Shown here piece by piece: positions 18,771 through 33,494 of a stretch of DNA of 64,000 nt. A model generated the notes under the pieces. The model did not search any database. It was not told where the DNA came from and saw nothing but the letters and a program-made list of their open reading frames with translations. How positions within the stretch are numbered: position 1 is the stretch's first letter; each line of letters opens with the position of its first letter. Location: NCBI GenBank assembly GCA_051294375.1, contig JBJCIZ010000028.1, positions 1,363,576-1,427,575 on the forward strand, read 5' to 3'. The DNA is from Paraspadella gotoi (lineage: Eukaryota > Animalia > Chaetognatha). A program made the translations under genes and the position numbers.

Positions 18771-21009
18771 GCGGACGCGAGGAAATTCCTTTAAAATCTA
18801 AACTTTATTAATTAATTCCAATCATTTATTCTTCACTAAAACTTCATCTATCCATTTCTTCGCCATTCGGATATGTTTATTTCATAAAAACAATAATGAT
18901 TATAATCCTAATTATTCTTTCATCAGTTATATATTTAAAAACAAATGACGGAAGAGGATTAGTGAATGGAAATTTCGTGGGAGGAGGAAGAGGAGAGAGT
19001 CAGAGAGAGAGAGAGAGACACAGTCACGGCCTATTAGTTTCCAGCGGAAGGTAGGAGCCGTACTTGATCACGTGACTTTGGACCCATTGTGTTAAGGTAT
19101 TTTTCACCGATGCTAACTCTCTCTCTCTCTCTCTCTCGTTTTTTCTCTCTCTATCTCGCTCTCTCGCTTCCATCAAGTCGTAGTTCATTCGTTTCGATCC
19201 TCCCTATTTCCTATTTCGACAATCGCTATTTGTAGGGATGTTTTATTTTCATCTATCTCTCTCTCCCTCTCCCCCAGCCTTTCTTCACCTTCTCATCTAT
19301 CCACGTCTACTTCATCTCCCGCAACGATCTTTACTTCGTCCAAACCTCGCGCCACGCCCACCCTCCAGTTCTGCCTCTCGAATTTCTCTCGATCCTCTTC
19401 GATCTCTGCTGCGACTTTTGCGGCGTCGCCGCGACGGCGCTGGACGCCGGCGTTCTGCGGCGTAACGCCGTCCTCGTACTGGAGATCCTCGACGAGGTGG
19501 TCTGCAACGGACAAGCGCAGGTTTTGAAGGCGGAGAAGTTGAAGCCTTTCGTCAGGAGGTGAGTTTTGGATTGGATGGATTGGGGGGGTGCACCCGGGTG
19601 GGGTCAAGGAAGGAGAGTCTTCGTATTAAAACCTAGGCTACATTGACACAAATACGCTATAGTGTTTAAATAAGTATATATTTATGATATTGTTAAAACT
19701 AATATAATAATTATTCATTCAACAATTCAACTTTTTATCAAGACTCTTTCTCGGTCTACCCTTATATATTATACAAGTATTTATTAAATAGAAAAATAAA
19801 CAAAACACACAATTGACAAATTAGTGTTTTATATATCGACATGAAAATCGGCTCAATCACGATTAACGTCAAATGCAAACTATTTCAGTATTTCTGCATC
19901 ATCTGCTTTCTTGCATCTCTTAAAAATCTTATGTTTCATGTTCGTTTTCAAGGCTCGACTTTTGTTTTTTTCCTTCGCCCACTGATTTCTGTGATTATGT
20001 TCATTGCTCAGTGTTCGCTGATAAAATTCCTTTTGTCTCCTTTGGACGCTGGTTGTTAATTATTAATGGTTATTACAATAAAAGCCTAGTTAATGTCTTC
20101 AAAACAGCTTTTCGTAATCGCTTTGTTATGCAAATTAGATTAAAAGAACAGATCTAATGAGAGAGACAAGATTAATCCCGTTGGCGTCGACGAACCGAAG
20201 TCGACGCAGAAACCGGTTCTATCGCTCTCTCGCTCTCTCGATCTCTCGATCTCTCGATCTCTCGATCTCGACACCAACGATCGACATTCGACAACCATAG
20301 AAAGAAAGAAAGAAAAAGAAAGAAAGAAAGAGGAAGAATGAAAAGGAAAATCCTTTCTTCACTCAATCGAAACGAAATGAATGAAAAGAAAAAACTCTTC
20401 TCGAGTAGAAGATTCGTCAGCTGAAACGATTCTCGATTCTCCGACTTTAAACTTTTCTCTAGTTTTAAAGTTATTATCAATCTAGATGGATCGAAAAAGT
20501 TTCTCCTTCTTTACTTCTCATTTTTTTTGCTTTCTTAATTTCTCGTCGCACGAGTTTACGCCTTATTTATTTTCTTTACTTTTAATTAAGTTCTTTAAAT
20601 TAGAAAAAAACTTGTCTACTCACTTACAATGTGACATAAAAATACATGATTTGATTTTTTATATTTATTTTCCGTTTTCATGCCGTATTATGGGGATAGA
20701 AAGTTAATATTTATGTTGTACAATATTGTGTCAAGTTTTATAAACCCACTAGTATTGAGGCATTCCATTCTTCTATCGATTTCATGTCATCCGCCTCCCC
20801 AGTCCGCGCCATGTGTCTCCACCCGCATCGACCACCGCTCTCCGCCGCAGCAGCGCCGCATCCGCCGCTTCCGCCAAATCTCTCCTCACTCTCGCTAGCC
20901 TCATCCCTTCCTCTGCCAAACTGGCCTCAGTTCTGCCGACGGGGACATCCGAGATCGTGGTGCCCAGTCTCTTCGCCACGGAATACGCCGGTGAGATTAA
21001 GAGAGAGAG

Positions 21010-21056
<47 letters not shown>

Positions 21057-21147
21057 AAGACCAGGAGATCGACGGAAAGACAGTGAGATATTCCTCATGT
21101 GAATGGATGGATCAGAAAATTCACATTGTTCCTATCTGCGGCCACCA

Positions 21148-21217
<70 letters not shown>

Positions 21218-23085
21218 GGGGTCAGTACAGCTGATATCGCTCGCTCTCTCTTGTAATCCTAAATATGCTGAGCCTCTCCTCCACCACAGGCCTTCCCTCC
21301 ACCCTGACTAAGGCCGTCCGCAGCCTCGCCTCCTCCGCCCAAAACTTGACGAGCGTCGGCGATATCTTCGTCGACGTCGTCGAACGCGTCTCGCTCAAGT
21401 CCTCGGCCGAAGGCGCCCTCTCCGTCTTTCGCGTCGACGGGCAGTTGCTCGTCGAGACGCGCCTTAAATCCGGACTCTCGCCGCCGAAGATCAAACTCTT
21501 TTTCGACAAGGATCTCGTCTTGAGCGGCGGCGGCGGCGGCGGCGGCGAACGCGGCTACGGAAAGATTTACCTGGACGACTGCGTCTTCTCGCGCTGCTGC
21601 GGGACGGAGCGGCTCTTCGGTCGGGCGGAGGGAGAATGTCCCGAGTTGATCGTCGACTCTCGTCTGGAGGAAGGGACGAAGTCGGCGAAGGGAGAAGGAA
21701 ATCGGGTCGTCGCCTTGACTTACAGGTTCAGATTTAATGAATGAGAAAATGTTTAAAGGTTTTGTTAGGACTTAATGTATTTTGATTAAATTTAAGTTGA
21801 TAATGCGATTCAAACAGTTATATAATCGTTGTCAAATCGAACGGTGACACCCCCCCACACTGGCGAGTGCTATGTTGCTCACGTGTAGTGTAAACAAAGA
21901 TAGCGTTTATTTTAAATTAACGCTCAGCGATGGTCAAGGAGATTTACCACAAAAAAAAAATTATAAATTTTACAATAAAAATTTATAAGTTAGTGTTTTG
22001 ATTTCGTCATATAAAAATCCAATAGATACATAGAATTTTATACAATCAAAATATAAAGAAATGAATAAATAAAATGTTCACGTCTCTATTTATCCTCTCC
22101 TAACTCATAAAGAGTCGGCGGTGAATTTGCCCGCCATCCGCCGCCCTTCACCGTCGCCGCCAAAGTCGAATCCGACCCCGGACTCGATCCCTTCGAACGT
22201 CGCGTCTCCGTCGCCTTGGAAACGCGTTATCCCCCGCGCGTCGACGCCGCTAGAATCGCCCTCTATCTTCCGGTTCCGTCTTACGTGACGGAGGTTGTGA
22301 AGTTGGCGGATGAGGCCTCTCGAGGTGCGGAGTGAGTGTGAGACTTGTGATTGTGAGTCGTTAAATGTGAAGAAGTGTGATTGTGTCCTGTCCTCTAGGG
22401 TCAACCAATTGGCCTTTTCATCCGAAATTAGAATTGATTATAGTGTAAAAAATTGTGTAAAAAATCATTTTATAAAGAGTAAATTAAAGTAAAACTCAAT
22501 GAGCCGGATTTGTCCCGGGAACTTACTACGTAATTAGTTTCAAAGATCAAAGTTTAAATCTTCTTTCTCAACGGAAAAAATAAAGATTGAATTTGGCAAC
22601 TGTCAGAAAAAGTGACGGATTTCAACCTTCGAACCATTTTTTGTTGTTTACTGCAGATTTTCTGTTGAAATTTCATTCTTTAATTTCTTGACTTATTTAT
22701 TTAGTATTTTATTGATTTATTTATTTACTTATTCCTTTTAGGCGTCGACGCCTCCATGCGATTCGATCGAAAAAATTCTCGGATTCATTGGACGATTCGA
22801 AATTTGCCGGGAAAAACTTGCGTGAATCTTGGCGCGCGACTCAAGTGGCGGGCCACGCCCACCTCGACGACAACCACCGACGACGCCGCGGCGTTCCAAC
22901 TCTCCGTCGGTCCCGCCTTCATCGAGTTCGAACTCTCGGGCTTCTGTCAATCAGGATTCAAGATCGATGCTCTCAAGTTGGTCGTCGAGTCTTCGACTTC
23001 GCGATCGATCAAAGATTTGGAGTCGATCAAACGATGGATCCGTTGCGTCACTCTCCAAGGAGAACCTTTTCTATTTTTCCTCTGA
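18536..23085 (+). CDS. AP4M1: Adaptor complex mu subunit, most like AP-4 mu (exons approximately 18536-18721, 19278-19558, 20803-20990, 21290-21725, 22112-22324, 22742-23085)
   Basis: Longin N-terminus (ISGIFVASRLGDLLIARDF; LRRNAVLVLEILDEVVCNG), mu-homology domain start DIFVDVVERVS, and C-terminus GPAFIEFELSGFCQSGFKIDALKL..KRWIR. The sequence is divergent, so the paralog assignment is less certain. Confidence 0.75.
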
Positions 23086-23708
23086 ACTGCTCTCTCTCTC
23101 CCCCCCCTCTCCCTCTCTCTCTCTCTCTCTCTCGCTTTGACCTGGTTGTTTTATAAGTTTATTGTTCCGATTGACAAGAAGTAAAGTTGCGCTTAAACTT
23201 CTGCTGTGATACATAAAACTTCCACTCAACGATTAATAGTATTCTCTCTTTTTTTTTTTCAGATTTAAAATATTTTTTTTTCGGGGAATTCCTTAGAAAT
23301 TATCACAATATAAATATTATCAATGTACCGAAGAAGATTAAATCAAAGCGAATGTAGAAGTTTCGTCGGAGTCGGGATGGGGGATTAACTACAACAACAA
23401 CAACAACGACAATTCGCCGCCATCGCCGCGGATCCGTCGAATCTCCGACGGTTCTCTTTGCCATGCCCTCCATGTTCGACCCGCCATCTACCATGTCCGT
23501 CCCCGTTCCGTGCGGGGTCGATCTTCTCCTGCCACGCTCATTGATCGTCCGGATGAAATCTTAGCCTCCTCCGTCCCCCCCCCCCCTTCGGCGCCCCTTT
23601 TTCCTCTCTTCGGCCCTCTCCCCCCCTGACTCCTATCCTCTTCCACACCCCTTAAAAAATCTCCACATCCGCCCAACGCCCTTTCCCCTTTTTCTTCCGC
23701 CCGACGAA

Positions 23709-26700
23709 ATGGCTACCACGGTCGAGCGCGACGCGCAACGCGCCCGCGCACAGCAGGCGCGGCGCTGCGGATCTCCTCTGCGGTCCGAGTCGAAGCCTCT
23801 CTTCGCTGAGCCTTTTAAAGTCAACAACAGCGACGAGCGCTTGGCGAACATCCTTGGCGACTACGAACCCAATTTTATCAATCAACACCTCAATCACTAC
23901 GCGGGGATCGACGGCGTGCCAAACACCCCGCAGCCCAAAGGGTCGTCGTCGTCGTCGTCCAAGCCGTCTTCGACTCGGGACGGCGAAGCTTCCATCCCCG
24001 CCGGCCTCCAAGGTCCGAGGTTTGGGACCTCGCCGCCGCTGACGTCGTCCTCTCCTGCGGCGGGAGCTGGATCGAGGGATCGGATCAAGCCGCTGCCGCC
24101 GCCGACGGGATCATCCGGCGGCCGGACTGATCGATCCTCGCATCATAAAAGCCGGGAGAGGCGGAGCGGCGAACGCGGTGAGCGCGGCGAGCGTGGCGGC
24201 GGCAGCGATGACCGCCTTGGATCTCGGGAAAGGTCGACTTCCGCAGGTCGACATCAATCTCGTGGATTCGATGTGGACGGATCGAAATTTGGCGGGAAAA
24301 GGGAGGAGACTCGAGGCGATGCCAGAGGTTGGTTAATGGTTATTGGTTAATGGTTATTGGTTAATGGTTATTATTTACCCACTTCCGTTTAATGATCTAT
24401 TCAGCGGCGTTAAGTAAATCAGATTTTATAACGGTATGCTTACGTCTTTTATATAATATAATAATAAAGCTTAATTAAAATGTTAATAATAATAAAATAT
24501 AATAATCTAATGTACGAAAATCGTGAAATGCAAATCGGTTTTTACGACGTAAAAAGTGACCCGTCCACTTTCTCCTTTTTCTTTTTTTTTTCAGTGACTC
24601 CGACCCGCGATCGTTCGAAGGATGACCGACCGACCAAAACCGACTCGTCAGCCTCTTCCGGCCGACATCGCCCGACGAAGCAATCGATATCGAAGCTCAT
24701 ATCTCGACCCAATTCACAACCCATCGCTCTGGCCAAGAAGGAAGCGCCGATCTCCAAAGAAACTCTAAACGGCGCCGGTCCAAATGGTGCTGGACCAAAT
24801 GGCGCCGGACCGAGTCCCATCTCTTCTTACAAAATCCCAAAATCGAAAAATAAATCGGAGGCCCCATCCTCCTCCTCCGCCCCTCCGGCCACCGACGAAC
24901 CGCAGCGTCATCCTCGCCCTCTCGCGTCGAATCCCGACAAGCAGCAGCAGGAGCCGCCGCAGAAGCAGGAGGCGCCGCGGTCCCGCTCCTTGGCAGAGAA
25001 AGTCCCTCCGGCGCTGCAGCTGCCTTCTACTGATCCTGACCTGAAATCGATTATCCTTGAATTGACGACGCTGCCGCCGAAACTCACTCCCATCAAACTC
25101 AACCAAGATTCGCCGTTTCGGGATTTCAGCGCCGCTGAGGCCGCCACCCCGGCTCCCGGCGCGCCCGGCAACCTCGCCGACGACTTTGTGATATCCAGCG
25201 ATTCCGATTCGGACGACGACGAGGTTGAGACGCCGCCGACGGCGCCGCGACCCACCAACGACCTTCCACTCCCTCCCCAGCGCCGGCTCTTGCCCGAGAC
25301 GCCGCTCAACGGTCGCGCCGACGTCAAGAAGGTCTTCTCGGACGATTGCTCAGATCCGGAGACGCGGCGCCACTCCTCCACATCCTCGTCCGACGCTTCC
25401 GATGAATCGGATGCTTCCGACGCAGAGGAGCAACCGGCGGACGGCGATGCTCGCGCCGACGGTTCTACTGTTGGACACCAAGCGTTGCCGGGCGTCGAAG
25501 CTGCGGCGTCGATGCCCTCCGCTGTCCAGCCGGACGTCGCTGAACCAAATTGGTGCCTCGGAGTCTTTCTGCAAAACGCGACGGGAATCGCGCCGCCAGA
25601 GTCGGCTAAGCCCTTGGAGGCGCCCAACCTTAAGATCGGCCGTTTTTCGGCTAGAGATGCCGCGTCGGCCTCTTCCCTTGGGCCAAAGGATTCCCCTTTC
25701 ACGCCGCCTGAAGTCAAATCAAGATCCACAGATCTCGAGATCAAGTCTTTGGAGAAGCCTCGCCCAGGATCGACATCGCAGAATTCCAAAAGCAGGGTCA
25801 ATATCGAGCCTTCAGAAATAAAACCCGCCAAGAGGGATCGAGCTGGTAAACTGGTGGATAGGAAAGCCGCATCAAGCGGACTCATTAAAGAAGTCGATTC
25901 TCCTCCAAAGAGCCTAAAACCGACATTTGAGGAAGGCACCGAAGTTGGAGTCAAAAGGCGACCGGAAGGAACCGAGAAACTTCACTCTTTGACCGACAAG
26001 CGAGGAGTGTTGCCACCGAGGGTCGAGAAGAAAAAGAAACTTTTGGAAGAAGAGTTGGACGACGACGACGACGACATGACCCCGTTGTTCCCCGAATTGG
26101 ACGGGGTCGCCTACTTCAAGGGATTTCCCTCCATCTTGATTGAATGCTCTCTCTCTCTTTTAATGGACGAAGCGACGGAGATGTCCATCGGCCCCGAATC
26201 TCGGCGCCACAAAGACCGAGCGGAGGAGGACGACAACGACAACAGGACCAAACGTCCTCGTCGAAGCAGCGGCAGTAGTCATAGCAGCAGCAGCCGCAGC
26301 AGCCGCAGTTCTAGCTCCTCGAGTTCCTCGGAGGCGGAGAGCGACGTGAAATCTCGACTCCGTCGCTCCGCGTCTCCTTCCGCTTCCCCGTCGCCGAGAC
26401 TCTTGACTCCAGGAAGTTCCGTCTCACCTTCCGCCGCTCCGCCGTCCAACGTCTCGTCGGAACCGTCGCCGTTGAGCAGCAACAGCGTCACGACAACCAG
26501 CGCCGCTGCAGCCGCATCTCTCTCCTCGGCCAAGAGCCGACATTCTCCGGCGCCCGGCCGACGCGGTTCTTCCAAATCTTCCGGCGTCGAAAGCGGCGTC
26601 GATCGTCCGCGCCCTTATTCTAATCAATCCGAAACCGGCGCCACCTGCAAAAGGCGGCGTCAAGACGTCAAATCTCCTAGTCAAGCCTCCTCCAAGGAAG

Positions 26701-28064
26701 ACGGCGCCGGTGACGCCGCTATTTTGCGCTCTAAGGCGTTGGATTCCGACGCCGTGGGTTCTCAGGGCGTCGTCGCTAAAGTCGAAAGCGACGCCGTGGC
26801 ACCGCAACCCTCCAAACGAGCCAAGTTCTCGACCGGGGTCGGCAAGTCTCCCAAGAACCAGGCACCGCCTCCGCCTACCCAGGACTCTGTCTCCAGCCCG
26901 AAAAAGTGGAGCTTCTGCAACATGGGTTCCCCGTCGGGTCATGAAGTGAGCAGCTCGACGGGCGGCGCGGGCGAACCTAGCTGCCCGACACTCGGATCGG
27001 CGCCCGAAGCGGAGAGGATCAAGGCAGAGCCCTCCAGCCTCACTCCCAACGTGACGTCGTCCGCTCAGATTTCCATTCCCGTTCATCCCTTCATGCAACA
27101 GCAGAGGTTGTCGGCCGACGGTTATCTCAAACAGGCCAAGGACTTGAAGCATTCCGCCGACAAAGTGAGCGACCCGACAAAGCGATTCATGAACTACCTG
27201 GACGCCGCCTTGGCCTTCGCTCAGTGCGGCTACGAGATGGAGCGAGAGAAAAATCGTCTTCAAGACGACATCTCCAAGATGTACGAGGACACCGTCAAGT
27301 TGCTGCGTATCGTCTTCAGCAAATACAAGCACCACGAGCCCAACGACGTCGACAAGAAGGTCCGTTTGTCGGAAAAAGGATTTTAAATTGTTAATTGTAT
27401 TGATTTTTCTTAAGCTACTGATTCATACAAGTAGCTTTAATTTGGCCTTAAAGCTACCTGGATCGAGAGACAGAAATAAACTACTCAATTACTACAACAT
27501 GCAAATGAGATTTAGGAACTAAAACTTCTTTTCCTTTAGGTCTACGTGCTCAATCTGCGCATCCAAGCCCTGCTAAATCAGAAACTATTTAAGTTCAAAA
27601 AGCAGGACGCCTCCCGTCTTTCCAAGATTCTCTCGCAGGAGCAGCACAAGTCGCAGCAGCTGGCGTCCGGACGCTGCGCCGGCGGGTCGCCCGGCGTCGG
27701 CGGCGCCGCGGCTGCCTCCCCGTATCAAGCCTCCGGCGGCGGCGGGTGCGCCCTGTCCCCTGCCGCAGCTGGCGTCGCCGTCACCTCGTCGACGACGGAC
27801 GCCCCCGTCTCCGTCACCGTCTCGCCCCGTGTCCAATCGATCATGCAGCGCTACAAAGCCGTCATGGACATCGTCCTCTTATCTCACGAACTGTGGGAAC
27901 AGGCCGACGAACTGGGCTATCACCTCAAAGATTTTTTCGGTCAGGTCGAGTCCAAGTGCGGTCAGATTCATCTCAGCTGCACCATTCTGGATCTGGTCCG
28001 ATACGTCAAGGCCAGCTTGAGTTTGCTGGATCACGACAACCCGCTCCTTAACAGCCAGTCTTAA
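23709..28064 (+). CDS. AF4/FMR2 family (AFF4/lilliputian-like) super elongation complex scaffold; exons 23709-24327, 24595-27359, 27540-28064
   Basis: N-terminal PLFAEPFKV..LANILGDYE (P-TEFb-binding segment), ALF-like IILELTTLPPKLTPI, Ser-rich middle, and C-terminal homology domain SADGYLKQAKDLKHSAD..YLDAALAFAQCG..HELWEQAD. Confidence 0.9.
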
Positions 28065-28086
28065 ATGTGATGGGGGAAGAAAGAGA

Positions 28087-28129
<43 letters not shown>

Positions 28130-28247
28130 CTCTCCTCTCTCTATTTCCATTACTCGCCGTCACTTCCCCTTTCAAACTTAAAGGAAGGCGGGGAGGGGGG
28201 AAGTGGTCTTGATATCGATTTTGACAAACTTGTTGTAGTTCCGAGAG

Positions 28248-28279
<32 letters not shown>

Positions 28280-29546
28280 GGTCTGCTCCCATCTCTCCCC
28301 CCTTCTCGCCCTGCATTGGCGACTGCGAGTAGAATTTACTACTTCCTTCTTTTTTCCACCGGGGAAAATCATTTGCGAAAAGAAAAGTTTTTCGATGACA
28401 CTTTTTCATATAGTGTCCATGAAATTTGGAAAGACATATTTCGAGTTTGTGCAAAACCGTCATAAATACATACTTGATCTCTATTACAGAATTTGTATAA
28501 ATTAAATAGTTTTTTTTCTTACGCATTTTAATGCGGAGGATATTTTTTGAAAAAAAAAGTTTTCTTTAAATTGTTATATATTTCTTTATATATCAAAACG
28601 TATATTCTTAAGGCACATTCGTACTCTTTCCCCCATGCTTTACTTGCTGTTAAACAAAAAAATAGACATAAAGGTTTACTCAATTGTACATTCTTAGCCA
28701 AACATTCGATATATTTTTCTTAATTATCTATTGTCCACATACGTTGATTTACATCGAGAAAAGAGAGAGAGAGTTCATTCGACCCCAGATTTCTTTTCCC
28801 TGAAGACGAGGAAGATAAAGAATTTAAAGATGTCGAGGACAAAAAGTTTAAAACCAAAATATTTATTGCCTTTTATTATTATTAATAGGTAATCATTTTT
28901 TTTTGTCGAAACTTACGATACAAATAACGATTTCCCCCCCCAGAATAAAATTTAGTAATAATAAATGTCTTTTTTCCCCCCAACTTCCGGATCCTTTGCC
29001 CATCGATTATATATCATTGCACATTTTCATAATGTTAAGTTAATCGACGATGAATACCCCGTTTCCCATAACTTCCCTGCCACCCGGTCCTTAGCATTTC
29101 ACTCTTTTTTTTACATTGATTTATCTTTATTATTATAATTATTTTTCTCTAGTTGAATCATGTTCTTCTGCACATTTTTTTTGTTCATTTTTTTTTTAAA
29201 AAGAAAAACGTCCCGATTAATTCGCAGTTTGTCTCATAGCAACGGCGGAAAATATTAATTAGAAAAGGTTTTTTTCTTCTTCTCATGTTGTTGTTTTAAT
29301 CGAATATTTTTGTACGAATGTGTAGAGCGAAAAGTCGTTACCCGCGTCATTCACTGTATTTATAGTATTTATAAACTAGTCAAAAAAATGTCATTTAGCT
29401 TCTTTCATTTGGTTTTAGGACAATTTGAGTGAAACTAGTTTCTCTTTTTTAGGCAGGAATTTAATATTGATGCGTATTTCTTTAGGTATAAGATATCTTG
29501 ATTGAGTGATGGAGATTGGAGAGCTGACTTTAAAAAAAAAGGGTTT

Positions 29547-29756
29547 TGTGGTGGTATATTCACACTGCCTAACGTCCACCATCGAGGGGGAACGCACCAT
29601 CCCAGGCGTTGCGTTCCATTCACAGTCCTAGAGACTTCCCTGTGCGTTGGAAAATCGAGACCGAGCCAGTGACAGGAGGCGCCACTGAGGGTCGGAAGCC
29701 CCTAAAGCCAACCGTGAGATGCCCCATTCCAATGGGCATCACAGGCTGTTGCCATA
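29547..29756 (+). mobile_element. Solo-LTR-like twister element, subfamily A, with P1 and the cleavage site deleted
   Basis: TGTGG...GCCATA flanked by TSD GTTT/GTTT and homologous to 49029-49283. It retains P3 and AGGG-T-CGG-AAGC-CCCT but lacks the TAA segment. Confidence 0.85.
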
Positions 29757-31777
29757 GTTTCATGTTTTGAGGTGTTTAGTCTTTATCAAAATCAAAGAAA
29801 GAACCAAAAAATAATAAATAAATTAAAATTAGCAACAAGGGGAGTTTGTCATTAATTTATCTTTCTCATTTAGTAGTTTTAAAAGCACGGACCAAAGAAA
29901 GTAATGCTGGCCATTTTAGCTGCCAAGGTTTTCATCTTTAAACTATAATTCCACTTCTTTAATCTCTGATAATCATAATAATAATAATAATAAAACTTAA
30001 AATATCGGTCAGCGATGTTTCCGATTTTATTGCGATAGTAGGGAACTAATTTTGGGCTCGACTGTTGGAGGTGATTTTGTGAGGATCACCTCCAACACCA
30101 CAAGAATCGACATTTCTTTCATTTGTCAACAAGTAGAATTTCAAGTCCCGAGAAAGGATTAGAATGGTCAAAAACCCAGAGATTTTAAGATTTCCCATGG
30201 ATCCTCTTGATACAAATGTGAGTCGGATAATAATCTTGATCCTTCAATATTTTAATCTTTGTTCTTTATTTTTCCAACAGTTAAGAATGCGTTTCGAATA
30301 CCCGAAAGCCCTATGTCTGTTAACATTGCAATATGCAAATTAGAATGAGAGTATGTCCTTTTTTTTTGCTTCTCTGCTCTACTTTTTCATCAATCCTTTC
30401 AAAACTTTTTCATTAATATAGTTAAATATTCTCCATGGTCTTACTTTAATTTAATATATAAATTAAAGTCTTTGTTAAAACTCCTCTAAAATGGTTGTCA
30501 GATGAAAACTGAAAATTTAAAAATTGTGTCGAAAATGAAATAAATACCGTGTCTACATTCGGGATAGTTATGAAACGTTCCAATCCTATTAATTTTAAAA
30601 TATTTAGGTTTTATTTATTGTAAAAGAATTATTTTTGTATACCCTTTAAATCGAGTTCCTTGGTATAAGTTTTAAAAAATTCTATTTTATTACATTATAT
30701 AATATTTTTATATTATACAGGAAGCGGAACCAAAACTTCCTTCGATTGTATATGATTATTATTTATGAACACCAGAAACCAGAATAAAAAAGAATCTTGT
30801 TCAAAAACTTATTTCGATTTTGGTTTCGTTATTATCGCCTTAATAATTTGTAAGATTTGGTTCCGCACATTGTATTATATCGGTCCGATTGTATAATAAT
30901 CATTATCCCCTTAGTAACCCCATGCACACAATAGTAAACTATACAATTTGTCACTCATTCCTCTGATCCTAATGATTATTAGAATTGATACGATCGCTAT
31001 CAGATTATCTCATTCACTCAATATTTTCTCTCTAACTCTCGCCATCCTATAGGAATCTCCCATTTTTAATTTAGAGAAGAATTATCGAGTTGTACGCCGC
31101 GATTCTTCATATTGCTCAACCCTTACCCCCATAGATATTATGAAATAAACAAACGGACGTGTATCTGGTTTAATTCAATTAAATTTAATTAAATTCTGAT
31201 TTCCGAACGTTTTCGCCGACCCCACTCTCAATTCTTTTAAATATATTTATCAATAATTCCTCCCCCCCCCCCGAAAAACCAACTACTACTAATCTTAAGA
31301 GGACGACTTTCGTTTCGTAATTATGAACTCAACACAAAGATGATGTGGTTTTGTTTATTTCCTATGGAATTATCATTATGAAAATAAAATCAGCGTCGTT
31401 TCACTTTTAACGCTGTCGACGCCTACGCTCTTTTATATATATATATATCTATATTTAAATTGCATGAATTAAAAGCTTCGCGGGTTTATAATTATTATTA
31501 AATAAACACGAGAGATTTTTTTTTGTTGAAAAAAAGTTGACTAAAAGATATTATATATCGCTGCGAGTTTCGGGCCTCCCTCAAAACTAATCATACTTTT
31601 GTTATTGCTGTTCTAGTTTTTTTAACAAGTAATTGTGGAACTGGAGATTATGTCAATGGATAAATAACTTTAAACAGTTTGAAATCTTCGTGGGGTTAAC
31701 TAGATAGGTTTTGAGAAACTTTGCTCATTCGCTTTCGATCTGGCATCGATTGGCATCAAGTGGCATCAAAAAGAAAG

Positions 31778-33494
31778 ATGGACGACGACTACGAAAGAAT
31801 TCATCTCGTCAAGAACGAAGGTACAACTTTTTCTTTTTTATTCATTTTTATTTACCAACCTTGATTCATTCTTTCATTTTGTTTTTCAATGACTATTGAT
31901 TAATCTTTTCAGTTATCTATTAGCTCTTTACTTTATACATTAATCATTTTATCATTTACGTCATAGTCCCTTCATTTTTCTCTCTTTTTTTTTAATATAT
32001 CTAATTTTATATATTTCTTATTGTAACCTTGAGTCTCGATCCCGATCCAGTCTTCATCTACCGCATTCCTCCACGTCCGTCCAACCGCGGGTATCGGGCC
32101 TCCGACTGGAAGCTCGACGCCCCCGACTTCTCGGGTCGATTGAGACTCGTCTCCAAATCAGACAAACTCTTTATGAAGATCGAAGACAAACAATCGGGGG
32201 AACTCTTTGCTCAGTGCCCCGTCGAGGAGTATCCAGGTTGGAGGGAAAGGATGAGGCTCATGGTAAATTGGTTATTGTGCCTTTAAAAGTAAATCAAATC
32301 GAATATTATTTAGTGGAAGAGAAAGTATTTGCTTTTTCAATTTATAGAGAATAATTTTTTAGTTCATGTGGTGCAATAATGACACCCAAGCTGAGTCCGT
32401 TGTTCAATGGCCATTGGCCAATGAAAAGACAGTGGACCGGAAATGGCATATAGGATTTTCCTATTATGCCCAAGCGAAAACTTTCCCTTTACGATTAGCC
32501 TGAGTTTAGTCAGAGATGTTGGGAGAGAGATTCTGTTAGTAAGCTGAAAGGCAGTCGTCCGGCGGTTTTGGTATTTCTTATGCGTACTATATTTTAAGTA
32601 TATTGAATATTAAATAATTCAATTATTTTTTTAACTACTTGTGATTAAGGCGTGGCGATTGAGGCGGTGCTCGATTCGAGTCGATATTTTGTTGTCCGCG
32701 TGAAGGACGACTCGGGAAAGTCGGCTTATGTCGGCCTTGGATTCGCCGACAGGGGAGACTCGTTCGATCTCAACGTCGCCCTCCAGGATTATTTCAAAAG
32801 TCAGTTTTTTCCCTTTTAAGAAAAATAAAATATTTTAAAAAAAATCTTGAAGTTATTCCAAGCGCGGGGAAAAAAAAACTTCAAAAATTGTAAATCTGTA
32901 TTTTGCTTTATGTACAATTATACAATTATTCGTTTAATTGTACATTGGATTCATTGAATGTCCAACTGTCTTTTACTTTATTTTCTGCAAGTAAATTCAT
33001 TTTTGGTTTTAATGGCCGGTAAATCGTATATATATATTGTTAGAATATCACAGTTTCAACAATGTTCGCCAGATATCTCTTTCTGCACAATTAAAAATGA
33101 GATCCTTGACCTTCCAGGTCTGAAAAAGGAAGAAACAAGCTCCCAAGATTCTGGCCCCAAACTTGACCTCGCCTTCAAGGAAGGTCAGACGATCAAGATC
33201 AACATGAACATCCGACGAAAGGACGACGACGACGACTCGAACCCAACTCAAGCCGCCCCTTCCAAAGTCAGACCCGCGAGAGGCGGTGGACCCGGTTTCG
33301 TTCCTCACCCGCCCTCCGGATCCGCTGGTGGAGGGGGCGGGATTCCTACCCTCGTCCCTCCGCCCGCCGCCTCTAATCAAGTCCAGCGAGGCGGACCGTC
33401 GCCCCTCACTTCCCCATCGGTTCCACTGGCGCCAACGGAGGCGGCCTCGGCGCCGGCGCCCGCGGCCCAGACTTCCAGTTGGGTCACTTTTTGA
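31778..33494 (+). CDS. NECAP: Adaptin ear-binding coat-associated protein (NECAP); exons 31778-31820, 32051-32236, 32650-32799, 33118-33494
   Basis: PHear domain [70 protein letters not shown] and C-terminal WVTF (WxxF motif). Confidence 0.95.

Noticed and set aside
24908-27335. Long minus-strand ORFs (348 aa and 303 aa; also 9439-10191 and those opposite TMEM132)
   Set aside because: They are antisense shadows of GC-rich coding exons with no recognisable domains.
32367-32640. Additional solo LTR in NECAP intron 2 (starts TGTGG)
   Set aside because: No matching 3' terminus, TSD, twister motif or homology to families A and B was found.
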